NCBI GenBank assembly: GCA_965649205.1
Contig: CBFGJV010000005.1
Location: 41,918-105,917, forward strand
Reading direction: 5' to 3'
Source: a candidate division WOR-3 bacterium
Lineage (GTDB): Bacteria > Hydrothermota > Tepidihabitantia > Tepidihabitantales > Tepidihabitantaceae
DNA: 64,000 nucleotides
Shown: positions 48,201 to 57,524 of the stretch, one piece after another
How the letters are laid out: every line of letters begins with the position of its first letter
How positions within the stretch are numbered: the stretch's first letter is position 1
Made by a program: the position numbers and the translations under genes
Notes under the pieces: generated by a model
Told to the model about the DNA's origin: nothing
Databases searched by the model: none
What the model saw: the letters and a program-made list of their open reading frames with translations, nothing else

Positions 48201-50752
48201 TGGGTTCTGACGCTAGCTACACCTCCCACGGCTGGATGATAGACGATGTGGCCGGAATGAATGTGGCTCTGGCAAAAGACGCCGCAGTCACGGCAATTAC
48301 CGCTCCGGCCAGCATGTTTGTGCTTGATACTGTCGTGCCTGCCGCTTGGGTAAAGAACCTGGGTTCTGCTCCTCTGGACAGTTTTCAAGTCAGGATGACC
48401 ATCGGCACGGAGTATTCCTCCACTGTTTCGGCGGGACCACTGGCGGTGGGCGACAGCGTGCTGGTGAGTTTTGCCAAGTGGTTGCCTTCCCGGGCAGGGT
48501 TCTTTGAGGCTAAGTGTTCTACCCGGTTGGCAGGCGATAACTATCCGGTCAATGATTTCCGGTCCGTATCCTGCGTGGTGGTAAACTTCACCGAGACCTT
48601 TGAGGCCACCAACGGCAGTTACAAGCCGGACCCGACCAGCGCGGCTTGGACCTGGGGCGCTCCTGCATCGCCCCGTCCCGCGGCGCGTTCGGGTACTAAG
48701 GTGTGGGGTGCACCGCTGAGCGGGAACTATGCTAACAGTGCCAACTGGAAACTGGTGTCCATACCCTATGTGGCCATGCAGGACACGCCGGTGGTCACCT
48801 TCTGGCACTGGTATCAGTTCCAGGCTCCGCCCACGCCTCCTACTGCGGCTTATGACGGCGGCAATGTGTCCTATTCTACGGATAACGGCAACACTTGGAT
48901 TGTTATCTCGCCTTGGGCCGCGCGTTCTGCTCCGTATCACTCCGCGGTAATTACCGGCCTGCAGAACGAATACGGCTATACTGGCAGCATTTCGGCCTGG
49001 ACCCAGGCTTGGTTCCAGATTCCGGTTGCCAATGGCACCAGATTTCTGTTGCGCTGGCGGCTGGGGTCTGATGCCTCCACCACCAACTACGGCTGGATGA
49101 TAGAGGATGTGTCTGGTATTGGTATGCGACCGCTGGCGGACGTGCAGGCCAGTTCTATCGTGGCGCCTACGGGTACGATTGACTTCGGTACGGTGGTTAC
49201 GCCCAAGGCCAAGGTGAGGAATCTAGGCGGTGCGAATGCCACGTTCAACGCGGTCTTCCGGATTGCGGACCGTTACGAAGACACCAAGCTGGTAACAGAC
49301 TTGCTGCCGGGAGAAGAAAGGGAAATAACCTTCCGCGACTGGACCGCAGACACTGCCGCTACCGTAACACTGAGTTGCAGCACTGCTCTGCGCGGAGACG
49401 ATGTTCCTGGCAACGACAAGGTTACAGGCGCCGCCTTCATCAGGCTCCAGGATGTGCAGTCGGTTGCCATAATGGCGCCGGTGGGAGCGGTTGATTCCGG
49501 AAGCGTGATTGTGCCCCGGGTAAGGGTCAGGAACAATGGCAATCAGCCGGCTACTTTCCCCACTTTGTTGACCATTGGTGGCTACAGCAATACCCAGACA
49601 GTTACGAACCTGGCTCCGGGCGAGGAAAGGGAAGTTACCTTTGCGGCTTGGAGTGCGACTGTGCGAGGCCAGTATACCGTAAAGTGCAGCACGCGACTCA
49701 GTGGAGACAGAAATCCGGGTAACGACAGAGTGACGGCGACGGTGTGGGTGGTACGTTACGACGTCGGGGTGGATACAATTCTTGTGCCAGCCGATTCGGT
49801 TGATTCCGGCACGGTAGTGGTTCCCAGCGTGCGGGTGAGAAACTACACTCAGGACTCTGCCCGTTTCGTGGTCTGGTTCAAGATACACAGGGCAGACGAA
49901 GATGCGTTGACCTGCGGAGCGGCAGAAACAGCGGTGCAGGCCTCTGATGGTAGCGATCAGACCTATGTGGACAGTCTGGTACTGTCGCTGCGCGGTGGCG
50001 AAAATGTGATAGCCGTGTTTGAGAAAGAATGGATAGCTGGGCCTGTCGGCAACTACCGGCTGGAATCCTATACCGTACTGGCTGGAGACATAAACAGAGC
50101 CAATGATACGGTCAGGGGCACCCTCAGGGTCGCACGTGTGGTCCGGGATGTAGGCACCGTGGCCATACTGTCTCCTGTGGGCAGCATCGATTCCGGGACA
50201 GTGATAGTTCCTCAGGCGATAGTGCGTAACTTCGGAACTAGACCGGAAACTTTCCCGGTAATGCTGACTATCGGCTCTGCCTACGTGGATACTCAGTTTG
50301 TCAGGTTAGACATCGGGCAGGAAGATACAGTGGAGTTTACCGAATGGACAGCACAACCGCGCGGAAGGTTGCGGGTGGTGGCTCGTACCTTGCTGGCAGG
50401 AGACGCAAACCCGAGCAACGACGCCCGGACCGACTCGGTGGAAGTAAGAACGCCGGGTGGAGTGGGTGAAGCGGGCGAGCTGCCGCAGAGGTTTGCCATA
50501 ACAGGCGTGGTTCCCAATCCGCTCTCCCGCACCGGTGTGTTGCGTCTGGCTCTGCCTGCGGCTATGCCGGTGAATGTAACTTTGTACGACGCGGCAGGTC
50601 GCGTAGTGCAGGTACTGCTGGATGGTCAACTGCCTGCCGGTTATCATGAGGTCCGTCTGGCCGGCACCGAGCTGCGAGAAGGAGTTTACATCCTTGACTT
50701 GGCAGTAGCCGGCAATAGATGGAAGGAAAAACTGGTAGTGACAAGAGAGTAA
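45266..50752 (+). CDS. Giant secreted protein: beta-propeller, three (CARDB + jelly-roll/MAM-like) modules, four further CARDB repeats, T9SS-like tail
   Basis: SD AGGAGG; signal peptide; VHVVW repeats; 3x SFWHW...DGGN..YSTDNG.TW...RWRLGSD...GW.I.DV; C-terminal PNP...YDAAGR...GVYIL...KLVV. Confidence 0.85.
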   Translation: MQKRTVVLLVALSIALLLPVQARERRGLGFGLDAGRRPTGKVYGLSVPEVTPGNTDEVIWEPEVRLSFNTAHDQTDSSNQYNVAVDRSGRVHVVWTNLTNYRTIYKRFTPGSGWGDSVMLGTDIPGTHYDRYPSLCLDDSGRLHVVWVTGPNTSANAAVYYQMWHPATGWNPASRMISDDSVAKPKTSPHIACTPDGRVHVVWCERTSTTKYAYYVAYREKVDTTWQPQFNLDFADYERISACIAGGPDNRVHVAWRGSDQANPTYSQIFYKEKTAAGWQPLVRITNGLTTHQTQPSICVNPVTRQPHIVWRSLVTTNGRICHTYRVGGVWQPTDTVSERTLNTAQADPQVVAAPDGRVYVVWSGFSVASPSYQQIRSCERTPEGVWRAPRDITTGAYAKFAPSLALDTLDGLYLYLVWRDMRNGSTNSDIYYRFGFDPAKDVAVLSVVSPTPIYMRGTAAVVPQAWVKNFGTANLDSFPVVMKLGDGYTDRFVVRNLISGESTLVSFAPWQPTGGVYPMKCSTLLNGDRVNANDFRTGLILVADFIEQFEADNGRYEPTPPTGAWAWGVPSSPRPPALSGTRVWGAPLSGNYVDNADWRLVSVPYVAYVDTPVVSFWHWYNFELGYDGGNLSYSTDNGATWNVVHPWTKYSAPYYSGTVRGLGYEYGYSGSTTGWERAYFRIPVDSGTVVRLRWRLGSDISNTSPGWIIEDVTLLGLAKPDVGVVSLVVPTGTLVRDTLIPRAWVRNFGSALTLPNSFTVSLVVPPDTYVSTVPVGPLAMSESVLVSFAKWIPPRVGFYMAKCSTRLQGDILPANNSITAEAAIVNFIESFTASNGSYVPTPTTGAWAWGVPAAPRKPARSLPNAWGATLTGSYGNSVNWRLVSVPYAALADTPAISFWHWRNFYDANDGGNVAYSTDNGATWTVLMPWPGRSAPYYSAPIPGLGNERGYTLVDTNWTQAWFQIPVTAGTAFWLRWRLGSDASYTSHGWMIDDVAGMNVALAKDAAVTAITAPASMFVLDTVVPAAWVKNLGSAPLDSFQVRMTIGTEYSSTVSAGPLAVGDSVLVSFAKWLPSRAGFFEAKCSTRLAGDNYPVNDFRSVSCVVVNFTETFEATNGSYKPDPTSAAWTWGAPASPRPAARSGTKVWGAPLSGNYANSANWKLVSIPYVAMQDTPVVTFWHWYQFQAPPTPPTAAYDGGNVSYSTDNGNTWIVISPWAARSAPYHSAVITGLQNEYGYTGSISAWTQAWFQIPVANGTRFLLRWRLGSDASTTNYGWMIEDVSGIGMRPLADVQASSIVAPTGTIDFGTVVTPKAKVRNLGGANATFNAVFRIADRYEDTKLVTDLLPGEEREITFRDWTADTAATVTLSCSTALRGDDVPGNDKVTGAAFIRLQDVQSVAIMAPVGAVDSGSVIVPRVRVRNNGNQPATFPTLLTIGGYSNTQTVTNLAPGEEREVTFAAWSATVRGQYTVKCSTRLSGDRNPGNDRVTATVWVVRYDVGVDTILVPADSVDSGTVVVPSVRVRNYTQDSARFVVWFKIHRADEDALTCGAAETAVQASDGSDQTYVDSLVLSLRGGENVIAVFEKEWIAGPVGNYRLESYTVLAGDINRANDTVRGTLRVARVVRDVGTVAILSPVGSIDSGTVIVPQAIVRNFGTRPETFPVMLTIGSAYVDTQFVRLDIGQEDTVEFTEWTAQPRGRLRVVARTLLAGDANPSNDARTDSVEVRTPGGVGEAGELPQRFAITGVVPNPLSRTGVLRLALPAAMPVNVTLYDAAGRVVQVLLDGQLPAGYHEVRLAGTELREGVYILDLAVAGNRWKEKLVVTRE

Positions 50753-50770
50753 CCCCGGTTTTGGCTGCAG

Positions 50771-50812
50771 AGGGAGCTGTGTCCGCTTCCGGGCACAGCT
50801 CCCTGCCTTTTA
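50771..50812. terminator. Intrinsic terminator between convergent genes
   Basis: 15-bp stem agggagctgtgtccg / cgggcacagctccct with 4-nt loop, followed by gcctttta. Confidence 0.85.
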
Positions 50813-50828
50813 TGGAATAGGGCGAAAC

Positions 50829-51707
50829 TTAGAGTCCGCGGCCTTCGAAGTCGGGCGTGTACTCGCGTCGGGCAGAAGACAGTTCCTGGCAGAAGGCTTC
50901 TTCAAATCCCAGCTTTACCAGATGGGCGCTAACATCCTCATATTCAGTTGGAGTAAGGCGGCGGTTCATACCGGGTAATTCTACCGCGCGATAGGTTGGG
51001 TAATACTGAGCCATCAGGCTGATGGCGGTGCTGGTGCCCAGATTGTCTGCAATCCGGTCCAATATGGCTTTGCTGTCATCTGTGTGTCCAGGCAGCACCA
51101 GGTGGCGGACGATGAGCCCTTTTTCTATAATTCCGTGCTCGTCATAGCGAGTGGTTCCCACCTGTCTTTTCATCTCCAGCAGGGCGGAGCAGGCGTAGCG
51201 GGCGTAATCGGGAGCCGAAGAGAACTGCCGGGCCAGTTCCGGCGAAAAATACTTAAAATCTGGGAGATACACCTGAACGAGACCTTCCAGCTTGGCCAGT
51301 GTTTCCACTTTCTCGTAGCCATTAGAGTTCCAGACTACAGGAATTTTCAGTTTCTTCTGTGCCTGCTGCAGTACCGGAATCAGCTGTTCAGAATAGTGGG
51401 TGGGCGTGACGAGGTTTATATTGTGGGCACCCTGCTGTTCCAACTCTAACATGATAGCCAGCAAGCGGTCGGGGGAGACCGGGCGGCCAAAGCCAAGCTG
51501 AGAAATGTCGCAGTTCTGGCAGAAACGGCAGGAGAGATTGCAATGGGTGAAGAAGATGGTGCCGGAACCGCGCGTACCGGAGATGGGCGGTTCTTCCCAG
51601 AAGTGCAGCTGGGCCTGAGCGACGACGAATTCCTCCGGCGCCCGGCAGACTCCCAGTTTTTGTTTGCGGTCTACCCCGCATTCGAACGGACACCCGCGAC
51701 ACACCAT
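50829..51707 (-). CDS. PflX-like radical SAM protein
   Basis: C..CP..CGVDR, H.WEEP.ISG..GSGTIFF, CNLSCRFCQN, HNINLVTP and RHLVLPG motifs. Confidence 0.92.
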   Translation of the reverse strand: MVCRGCPFECGVDRKQKLGVCRAPEEFVVAQAQLHFWEEPPISGTRGSGTIFFTHCNLSCRFCQNCDISQLGFGRPVSPDRLLAIMLELEQQGAHNINLVTPTHYSEQLIPVLQQAQKKLKIPVVWNSNGYEKVETLAKLEGLVQVYLPDFKYFSPELARQFSSAPDYARYACSALLEMKRQVGTTRYDEHGIIEKGLIVRHLVLPGHTDDSKAILDRIADNLGTSTAISLMAQYYPTYRAVELPGMNRRLTPTEYEDVSAHLVKLGFEEAFCQELSSARREYTPDFEGRGL

Positions 51708-51898
51708 AGAGAGAATTATACAGAAGCGCGCTGGACAATACAGTCCGTTTTGTCCGGACGGGGATTGACATTTGAGAACATTGGTGATAAACTTAGTTTC
51801 TGGGCCACAGGCCCTGACCGCCAACTTAGCGGAGCTCGGCCTGCGGCCCTTATTAGAAAATAGCCAGTTTCAGGGCCAAACAGGCCAAAGGAGGACAA

Positions 51899-52150
51899 AT
51901 GGCGCTGGTTGATGATGTCAGGAACATCATCGTTGAACAACTGCATGTGACACCGGAAAAGGTGACAGAGACAGCTCATTTTGTGGACGACCTTGGTGCG
52001 GATTCTCTCGACATTGTCGAGCTGGTCATGGCTTTTGAGGAGAAGTTTGGCATAGAGATTCCGGACGAAGATTCTCAGCAGCTTGTGACCGTAGGCAAGG
52101 CTGTCGAGTATCTGCAGAAGAAACTGGAAGAGAAAGAAAAGTCCAAGTAG
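51899..52150 (+). CDS. acpP: Acyl carrier protein
   Basis: [23 protein letters not shown]. Confidence 0.98.
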   Translation: MALVDDVRNIIVEQLHVTPEKVTETAHFVDDLGADSLDIVELVMAFEEKFGIEIPDEDSQQLVTVGKAVEYLQKKLEEKEKSK

Positions 52151-52168
52151 CCCCACACATATCAGTTC

Positions 52169-53428
52169 ATGTTCCTGCAGAATAACTGCCGTAGAGTGGT
52201 AGTTACCGGTCTGGGCGCGGTCACGCCCGTAGGCAACAATGTTGCTACCTTCTGGGAGAGCCTGCTGGCCGGCCGGACGGGGATAGCCCGCATCGCTTCC
52301 TTCGACCCTTCTGACCTGCCGGTGCAGATTGGAGCTGAGGTCAAGGGTTTTGTGGCCGAAGAGCGGTTGGACCCGAAACTGGCCAAGCGGACCGACCGGT
52401 TTACCCAGTTCGCCTTGTGTGCGGCGGCCGAGGCTATCAGCGACTCGGGGCTGGATTTTGATAGGGAAAACAGGTCCCGGGTCGGGGTAATTGTCGGCTC
52501 CGGTATGGGTGGGGTGCAGACTTGGGAGTCTCAACACGCCCAGTTCTTGGAGAAAGGGCCGCGGCGGGTATCGCCGCTGCTGATTCCCATGATGATTCCG
52601 GATATGGCCTCCGGACAGATTTCCATCAATTACGGTCTGCGCGGGCCGAATTTCTGTACAGTTTCCGCCTGCGCTTCGGGTGCCCATGCTACCGGTGAGG
52701 CGTTCCGGCACATAAAGCAGGGAGACTGTGATATTGTTATCGCCGGCGGTTCAGAAGCGGCCATTACCAGTTTCACGGTTGCGGCGTTTGCCAATATGGG
52801 GGCCTTGTCCAAGCGAAACGAAGCGCCGGAAAAGGCTTCCCGACCGTTTGATCGGGATCGGGACGGCTTTGTCATTGCCGAAGGATGTGGCGTGTATATC
52901 CTGGAAGAGCTGGAGCACGCCAGAAGGCGCGGGGCAAAGATATACTGCGAACTTGCCGGCTATGGTGCCACAGCTGACGCCAGTCATATCACTGCTCCGG
53001 ACCCGGAGGCCCGGGGCGCAATTGAGGTCATGCGCCAGGCTATGGCGGAAGCAGGTCTGACGCCGGCGGACATAGATTACATCAACGCACACGGCACTTC
53101 CACGCCTTTGAATGACGCTTCAGAGGTAAAGGCCATATACGAGGTTTTTGGCGAACATGCCAGCCGCCTGGTGGTGAATTCCACCAAGTCCATGATAGGG
53201 CATGGTTTGGGCTCGGCCGGGGCGATGGAGTTTGTGGCCACGGTCTTGTCAGTCAAACACGGCAAGGTGCACGCCACCGTGAACCACGAGCAGCCGGATG
53301 AGGGAGTGACTCTGGACTTTGTCAAAGGAGCGGCACGCGCCATTCCTATACGCGCCGCTTTATCCAATTCCTTCGGCTTCGGCGGTCACAATTGTTGTCT
53401 GTGCGTCAAAGCCTACGAAGAAAACTGA
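52169..53428 (+). CDS. fabF: 3-oxoacyl-ACP synthase II
   Basis: RVVVTGLG, SACASG, NAHGTST, STKSMIGH and SNSFGFGG.N motifs. Confidence 0.97.
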   Translation: MFLQNNCRRVVVTGLGAVTPVGNNVATFWESLLAGRTGIARIASFDPSDLPVQIGAEVKGFVAEERLDPKLAKRTDRFTQFALCAAAEAISDSGLDFDRENRSRVGVIVGSGMGGVQTWESQHAQFLEKGPRRVSPLLIPMMIPDMASGQISINYGLRGPNFCTVSACASGAHATGEAFRHIKQGDCDIVIAGGSEAAITSFTVAAFANMGALSKRNEAPEKASRPFDRDRDGFVIAEGCGVYILEELEHARRRGAKIYCELAGYGATADASHITAPDPEARGAIEVMRQAMAEAGLTPADIDYINAHGTSTPLNDASEVKAIYEVFGEHASRLVVNSTKSMIGHGLGSAGAMEFVATVLSVKHGKVHATVNHEQPDEGVTLDFVKGAARAIPIRAALSNSFGFGGHNCCLCVKAYEEN

Positions 53429-53444
53429 AAGGGTGAGGTAGGGT

Positions 53445-54227
53445 ATGAACATAGTCGTCTGCCTGAAACAGGTTCCTTCCACGGAAACCAAGATCCGCAT
53501 TAACACCCAGACAGGATTTGTAGATACGAGCGAAGTAGAGTGGGTGGTGAATCCTTACGACGAGTATGCCATAGAGACGGCTCTGCGTATCCGCGAAAGA
53601 GTGGGCGGTACCGTAACTGCAGTGACTCTGGGTCCGGAAAGGACGAAAACCGCTCTGAGGACCGCTCTTTCCATGGGGTGCGACCGGGCAGTGCATGTGG
53701 CTGATACAGGCGCTGAAGATGTGGACTATCTGGGCAGAGGCCAGATGCTGGCTGCGGCAATTAAGCGGGAACCTTTTGACCTGGTGCTGTGCGGGAAGCA
53801 AGCGGTAGATGACGATCTGGCGGCAGTGCCGCAGGCCATCGCTCATTTCTTGGGGATTCCGCACGTGGCGGTGGTGCCAGAGGTAATAGTGGAATCCGGA
53901 AAACCGGAAATAGTCTGCCACCGCGAAGTGGAAGGAGCAACAGAAGTAGTGGAAATAAAGCTGCCCTGCCTGGTTACCATTCAGAAGGGTAAGTATGACC
54001 CACGTTATCCTACGCTGAAGCTAATGATGGCCGCCAAGAAGAAGGAGATACCTACTTTGACCGCTCAGGCTCTGGGCCTGGATCCGGCACAGTTGAGCCG
54101 GAGTATTGCTTATCTGGGCGACCGGTTGCCACCAGGCCGCAAACCCGGGAAAAAGCTGGAAGGAGAGCCGGCGCAGGTTGTGCCGGAGCTGGTGCGGCTA
54201 TTGCGGGAAGAGGCAAAGGTAATCTAA
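53445..54227 (+). CDS. etfB: Electron transfer flavoprotein beta subunit
   Basis: VCLKQVP, NPYDEYA.E, CGKQAVD.D and PRYPTL motifs. Confidence 0.95.
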   Translation: MNIVVCLKQVPSTETKIRINTQTGFVDTSEVEWVVNPYDEYAIETALRIRERVGGTVTAVTLGPERTKTALRTALSMGCDRAVHVADTGAEDVDYLGRGQMLAAAIKREPFDLVLCGKQAVDDDLAAVPQAIAHFLGIPHVAVVPEVIVESGKPEIVCHREVEGATEVVEIKLPCLVTIQKGKYDPRYPTLKLMMAAKKKEIPTLTAQALGLDPAQLSRSIAYLGDRLPPGRKPGKKLEGEPAQVVPELVRLLREEAKVI

Positions 54228-54242
54228 CCCTTGTAGGACGAA

Positions 54243-54887
54243 GTGTTTGACCGAAAGCTGAGTCAGGAACGGTTGGTGGTAGGCATCGGGGGTAATTCGG
54301 GCGCAGGCAAGACTACGGTGGCGCAGGAATTGAAACGGCTGGGCGCACAGGTAATTGACGCAGATGCGATTGCGGCCAGCGTGTTGCGTCAAGGCACTCC
54401 GCAATACAAGGAACTTATCAAGGCTTTTGGCAAGGACATAGTGGGCCGGAATGGTCAGATAGACCGCAAGGTCCTGGCAGCAAAGGCCTTTGCCGGAAAG
54501 ACTCAGCTGAAGAAACTGAACGCCATCACCCACCCGGCAATCATAGAGCGCATCCGCAAGGAATTGGCCGAGATGCGCAAAGGGCTGATTATCCTGGACG
54601 CTGCCCTGCTTTTTACGGTGGGGCTGGACAAAGAGGTGGATGTATCTATCCTGGTCACTGCACCAGAGCGACTGAAGATAAAGCGTCTGGTCGCCTCCGG
54701 TCTGACCAAGGAAGAGGCCAAACGGCGGCTGGAATTACAGGAGCCGGACGCCAAAGTGTGGCGTCGCGCCAGCTTTGTGCTAGACAACCGGGGGTCGCTG
54801 GCCGAGCTGAAACGGAAGACTCGCGCTCTCTGGAATTTCTTCTACTCGGCCCGCTTCCAGAACCTGAGGCAATCGCAGGGCGCTTGA
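54243..54887 (+). CDS. coaE: Dephospho-CoA kinase
   Basis: G..GAGKTT, IDAD.IA, IDRK.L, LN.ITHP and DAALLF motifs. Confidence 0.92.
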   Translation: MFDRKLSQERLVVGIGGNSGAGKTTVAQELKRLGAQVIDADAIAASVLRQGTPQYKELIKAFGKDIVGRNGQIDRKVLAAKAFAGKTQLKKLNAITHPAIIERIRKELAEMRKGLIILDAALLFTVGLDKEVDVSILVTAPERLKIKRLVASGLTKEEAKRRLELQEPDAKVWRRASFVLDNRGSLAELKRKTRALWNFFYSARFQNLRQSQGA

Positions 54888-54972
54888 AGTCAGTCCGCGC
54901 TGACTATAAGCTGGAGTAGGACCAATATGTCTCGGTGTTTCTGTGTCTGTGTTTCCCTGAGGAGTTGAGAAT

Positions 54973-56022
54973 ATGACACTGGATCAGGTGCCGATTCGCG
55001 AATTGGAGCTGGCGGACGGTCTGGTGCGGACAGTTACTCCCTATGTTCTGGAATATGCCGAGGTAGAACAGCTGGCGGAAGACGTGTTCCATATCTGTCG
55101 GAGGCTTACCGATGGCGCAGTGGATGGCAGGGGAGAGCGGGAAAGAGAGTCCAACGCGGACAGCTACCCTCTATTGGCCAAGGGCGAAGTTTACGGCCGG
55201 ATGCACGTAATCTATGACCTGGAAGAAACCCGAATCAATCTGGAATTTCCATCTGACCTTGCCACCAAATTCTATCGGCTGCTGCGGGAGCAGAGAATAG
55301 TGCAGCCGGATCTGCTTGAGGTCAGACGAACAATGTCGGGAAATCTGGCCGAAACCGTGGCGGCGGTACTATGGCAGATAGGCGCCATAAAAGTGAGCCT
55401 GGGCGATTTGCGTCCGCTGTTCCAGGTGGATATGCGCAAGAATCGCAGTCCGATATACATTGACGTAAAAAGTCTGGCCAACTACCCGGAGGTCAATGAT
55501 TTCGTTCTGGGCTCGGCCGCTCTTTTGCTGCGCAAGGTCAAGTTTGACTGCATCTGCGGCATAGAAGCCGGCTCCATTGGCATTGCTGCGGTTTTGGCGC
55601 ATAAACTGTGCAAGCCGGCTTTCTTTGCCCGGCGGGAAAAACGTTATCCAGAAGCCAGCCCCTTTGAAGGTATCAAGCGGCACGAACTTTTCCGCAAACG
55701 GGTACTGCTGGTGGATGACACGCTGGTCCACGGCTGGACCAAAGCCAGGATAATCAAAGAAATACGTAACTGGGGCGGCATTGTGGACGCCTGCTTTGTC
55801 ATATTTGATCGGCGGCAGGGTGGGGAAAAGGATCTGGCCGAACTCGGGGTGCAGCTTTGGTATCTGACCGACCGTCGCGCCGCACTATCTCCCAAGATAC
55901 CACCGGACATCAGCTTCCTTACGCCGGAGGAATACCGGGAGATTACGGATTACTTTGCCGATCCGGCTGCCTGGCACGCCAAGCGCGGACTGGAATACCA
56001 CAAACTGCAACCGCCGGTCTGA
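54973..56022 (+). CDS. Orotate phosphoribosyltransferase-like type I PRTase with about 120-aa N-terminal extension
   Basis: SPIYID, GIEAGSI, RREKR, variant PRPP loop VLLVDDTLVHGWT, FDR.QGG and terminal ADP..W. Confidence 0.7.
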   Translation: MTLDQVPIRELELADGLVRTVTPYVLEYAEVEQLAEDVFHICRRLTDGAVDGRGERERESNADSYPLLAKGEVYGRMHVIYDLEETRINLEFPSDLATKFYRLLREQRIVQPDLLEVRRTMSGNLAETVAAVLWQIGAIKVSLGDLRPLFQVDMRKNRSPIYIDVKSLANYPEVNDFVLGSAALLLRKVKFDCICGIEAGSIGIAAVLAHKLCKPAFFARREKRYPEASPFEGIKRHELFRKRVLLVDDTLVHGWTKARIIKEIRNWGGIVDACFVIFDRRQGGEKDLAELGVQLWYLTDRRAALSPKIPPDISFLTPEEYREITDYFADPAAWHAKRGLEYHKLQPPV

Positions 56023-56074
56023 CGCGGCGGCCGAAATTCCCCTTGACAACCGTTTTTCTGTTTCTATATTTTAT

Positions 56075-56149
56075 TTGTTCCCCCTAGAGAGTTGTCATAG
56101 ACCGCCCAGGAGCCCGCAGTCGCGGGAGAGTCTGGTTTGAGGGGAATAA
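56075..56149 (+). ncRNA. Candidate structured 5' leader or sRNA
   Basis: Begins just after TTGACA-16-TATATT. Nested stems 56075-56088/56136-56149, 56098-56102/56130-56134 and 56113-56117/56122-56126. Confidence 0.4.
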
Positions 56150-56270
56150 TTTGCAGGAAGACGGGAAAGGAGGAAGTAACATCAGACTCGTCTAGATGAA
56201 GGGAAGGAACCAGCAGCGTGAAGCTGACTGGCGGATAGACAGAAGGGAGTTGAAAACAAGGGAGGATCAG

Positions 56271-57524
56271 ATGATCAAAACTTTGAAGGTCCGTTACTAC
56301 ATCCGCAGGCTTTCCAGCGATGATTGGACCGTACGCGAAGATGCAGTCAGGGCACTGGCTGACCTTGGTGACCGTCGGGCGGTGGGGCCGCTTTTGGAAA
56401 TGCTGGGTGACGAGCACCCGGTGGTACGCTCAGTCGTAGCGCTGGCTTTGGGCCGACTGGGGGACGAGCAGATGGTTCAGCATCTGGTGACAGCATTGGA
56501 CTCCGGGAATTTCGAGATACGACGTTCTGCAGCTATCGCCTTGGGTGAGTTGAGGCATCCTCAGGCGGTTGAGCCTCTGCTCAGACGACTTGCCGAGGAA
56601 ACATTTGCCCCGGTACGAGTGGCGTTTGTGGATGCGTTGGGAATGATTGGCGACAGCCGCGCCGTGGCAGGATTACATGTGGCGTTAGGCGATGGCGACG
56701 AGCGCGTCCGTCTGCACGCGGCCAAGGCTCTGGCGCTTTTAGGACAGCCGGAATGGAGACGCATAGTGGTTGGCGATGCCGAAGACTTCCGGCGGTTGGG
56801 CCGCTGCAAGGACAAAAGGGCTTTACCGCCTTTGTTGCGGGCGATAAAAAGCTACGACTGGGCGGTACGGGCCGCAGCCGCAAATGCGCTCGGTATTATG
56901 GGATGCAAAGAAGCGGTTGGTTATCTGGTGCAGGCGCTTGATGATGCGGAGTGGGCAGTCAGAACCGCTGCTGCCGAGGCTCTGGGGATGATAAAGGACA
57001 GACGGGCTGCAGAGCCACTGTTGCGAGTCTTAAGGTCGGGGCATCCGGACGTATTCCATGCTGCGGCAGAAGCGCTTGTCTGGTTGGAAGAACCTCGAGC
57101 CCGGGAACCTCTTCTTAACGCTTTGCAGGATGAAAATCCTCGGATTCGGGTTTCGGCACTTAGTGCTTTGGGACAGCTGGACGACAAGAGCACGGTAGCG
57201 TCCATTATCGGACTGCTGGGCGATGCGGAACCGACGGTGCGAGTGGCCGCGGCCACGGCTTTGGACCTACTGGGCGAGAAACTATGGAAGGAAATCGTGC
57301 GGGGGGACAAGGGTGATTTCGACCGGCTTGCAGATTGTAAGGACCAGCGAGCCATGGTGCCTTTGTTTCAGGCGCTGGACAGCAGAAGGGTGGACGTAAG
57401 GCTGAGTGCGGCCAGGGCTCTCGCAAGAGCGGCGCGGCAGCTGAAAGTGATTCTGGGTGAACGGTGGGCGGAAATACAGGCGCTATTGGCTTTTGAGCCG
57501 ACACTCTTTGATGAGACCGGTTGA
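56271..57524 (+). CDS. HEAT/PBS-lyase repeat protein
   Basis: Repeated VR..AA.ALG..GD.RAV.PL...L.D units; SD GGAGG before ATG 56271. Confidence 0.9.
   Translation: MIKTLKVRYYIRRLSSDDWTVREDAVRALADLGDRRAVGPLLEMLGDEHPVVRSVVALALGRLGDEQMVQHLVTALDSGNFEIRRSAAIALGELRHPQAVEPLLRRLAEETFAPVRVAFVDALGMIGDSRAVAGLHVALGDGDERVRLHAAKALALLGQPEWRRIVVGDAEDFRRLGRCKDKRALPPLLRAIKSYDWAVRAAAANALGIMGCKEAVGYLVQALDDAEWAVRTAAAEALGMIKDRRAAEPLLRVLRSGHPDVFHAAAEALVWLEEPRAREPLLNALQDENPRIRVSALSALGQLDDKSTVASIIGLLGDAEPTVRVAAATALDLLGEKLWKEIVRGDKGDFDRLADCKDQRAMVPLFQALDSRRVDVRLSAARALARAARQLKVILGERWAEIQALLAFEPTLFDETG

Noticed and set aside
10..48940. Long antisense ORFs in the track (e.g. 10-447, 3804-4823, 11127-12272, 26921-28249, 45986-48940)
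   Set aside because: Shadows of real genes on the opposite strand in GC-rich DNA, with no motifs of their own.
56098..56240. ZTP (pfl) riboswitch, from the GACCGCC and GACTGGCG words
   Set aside because: The elements occur in the wrong order and the P3 stem is not formed.
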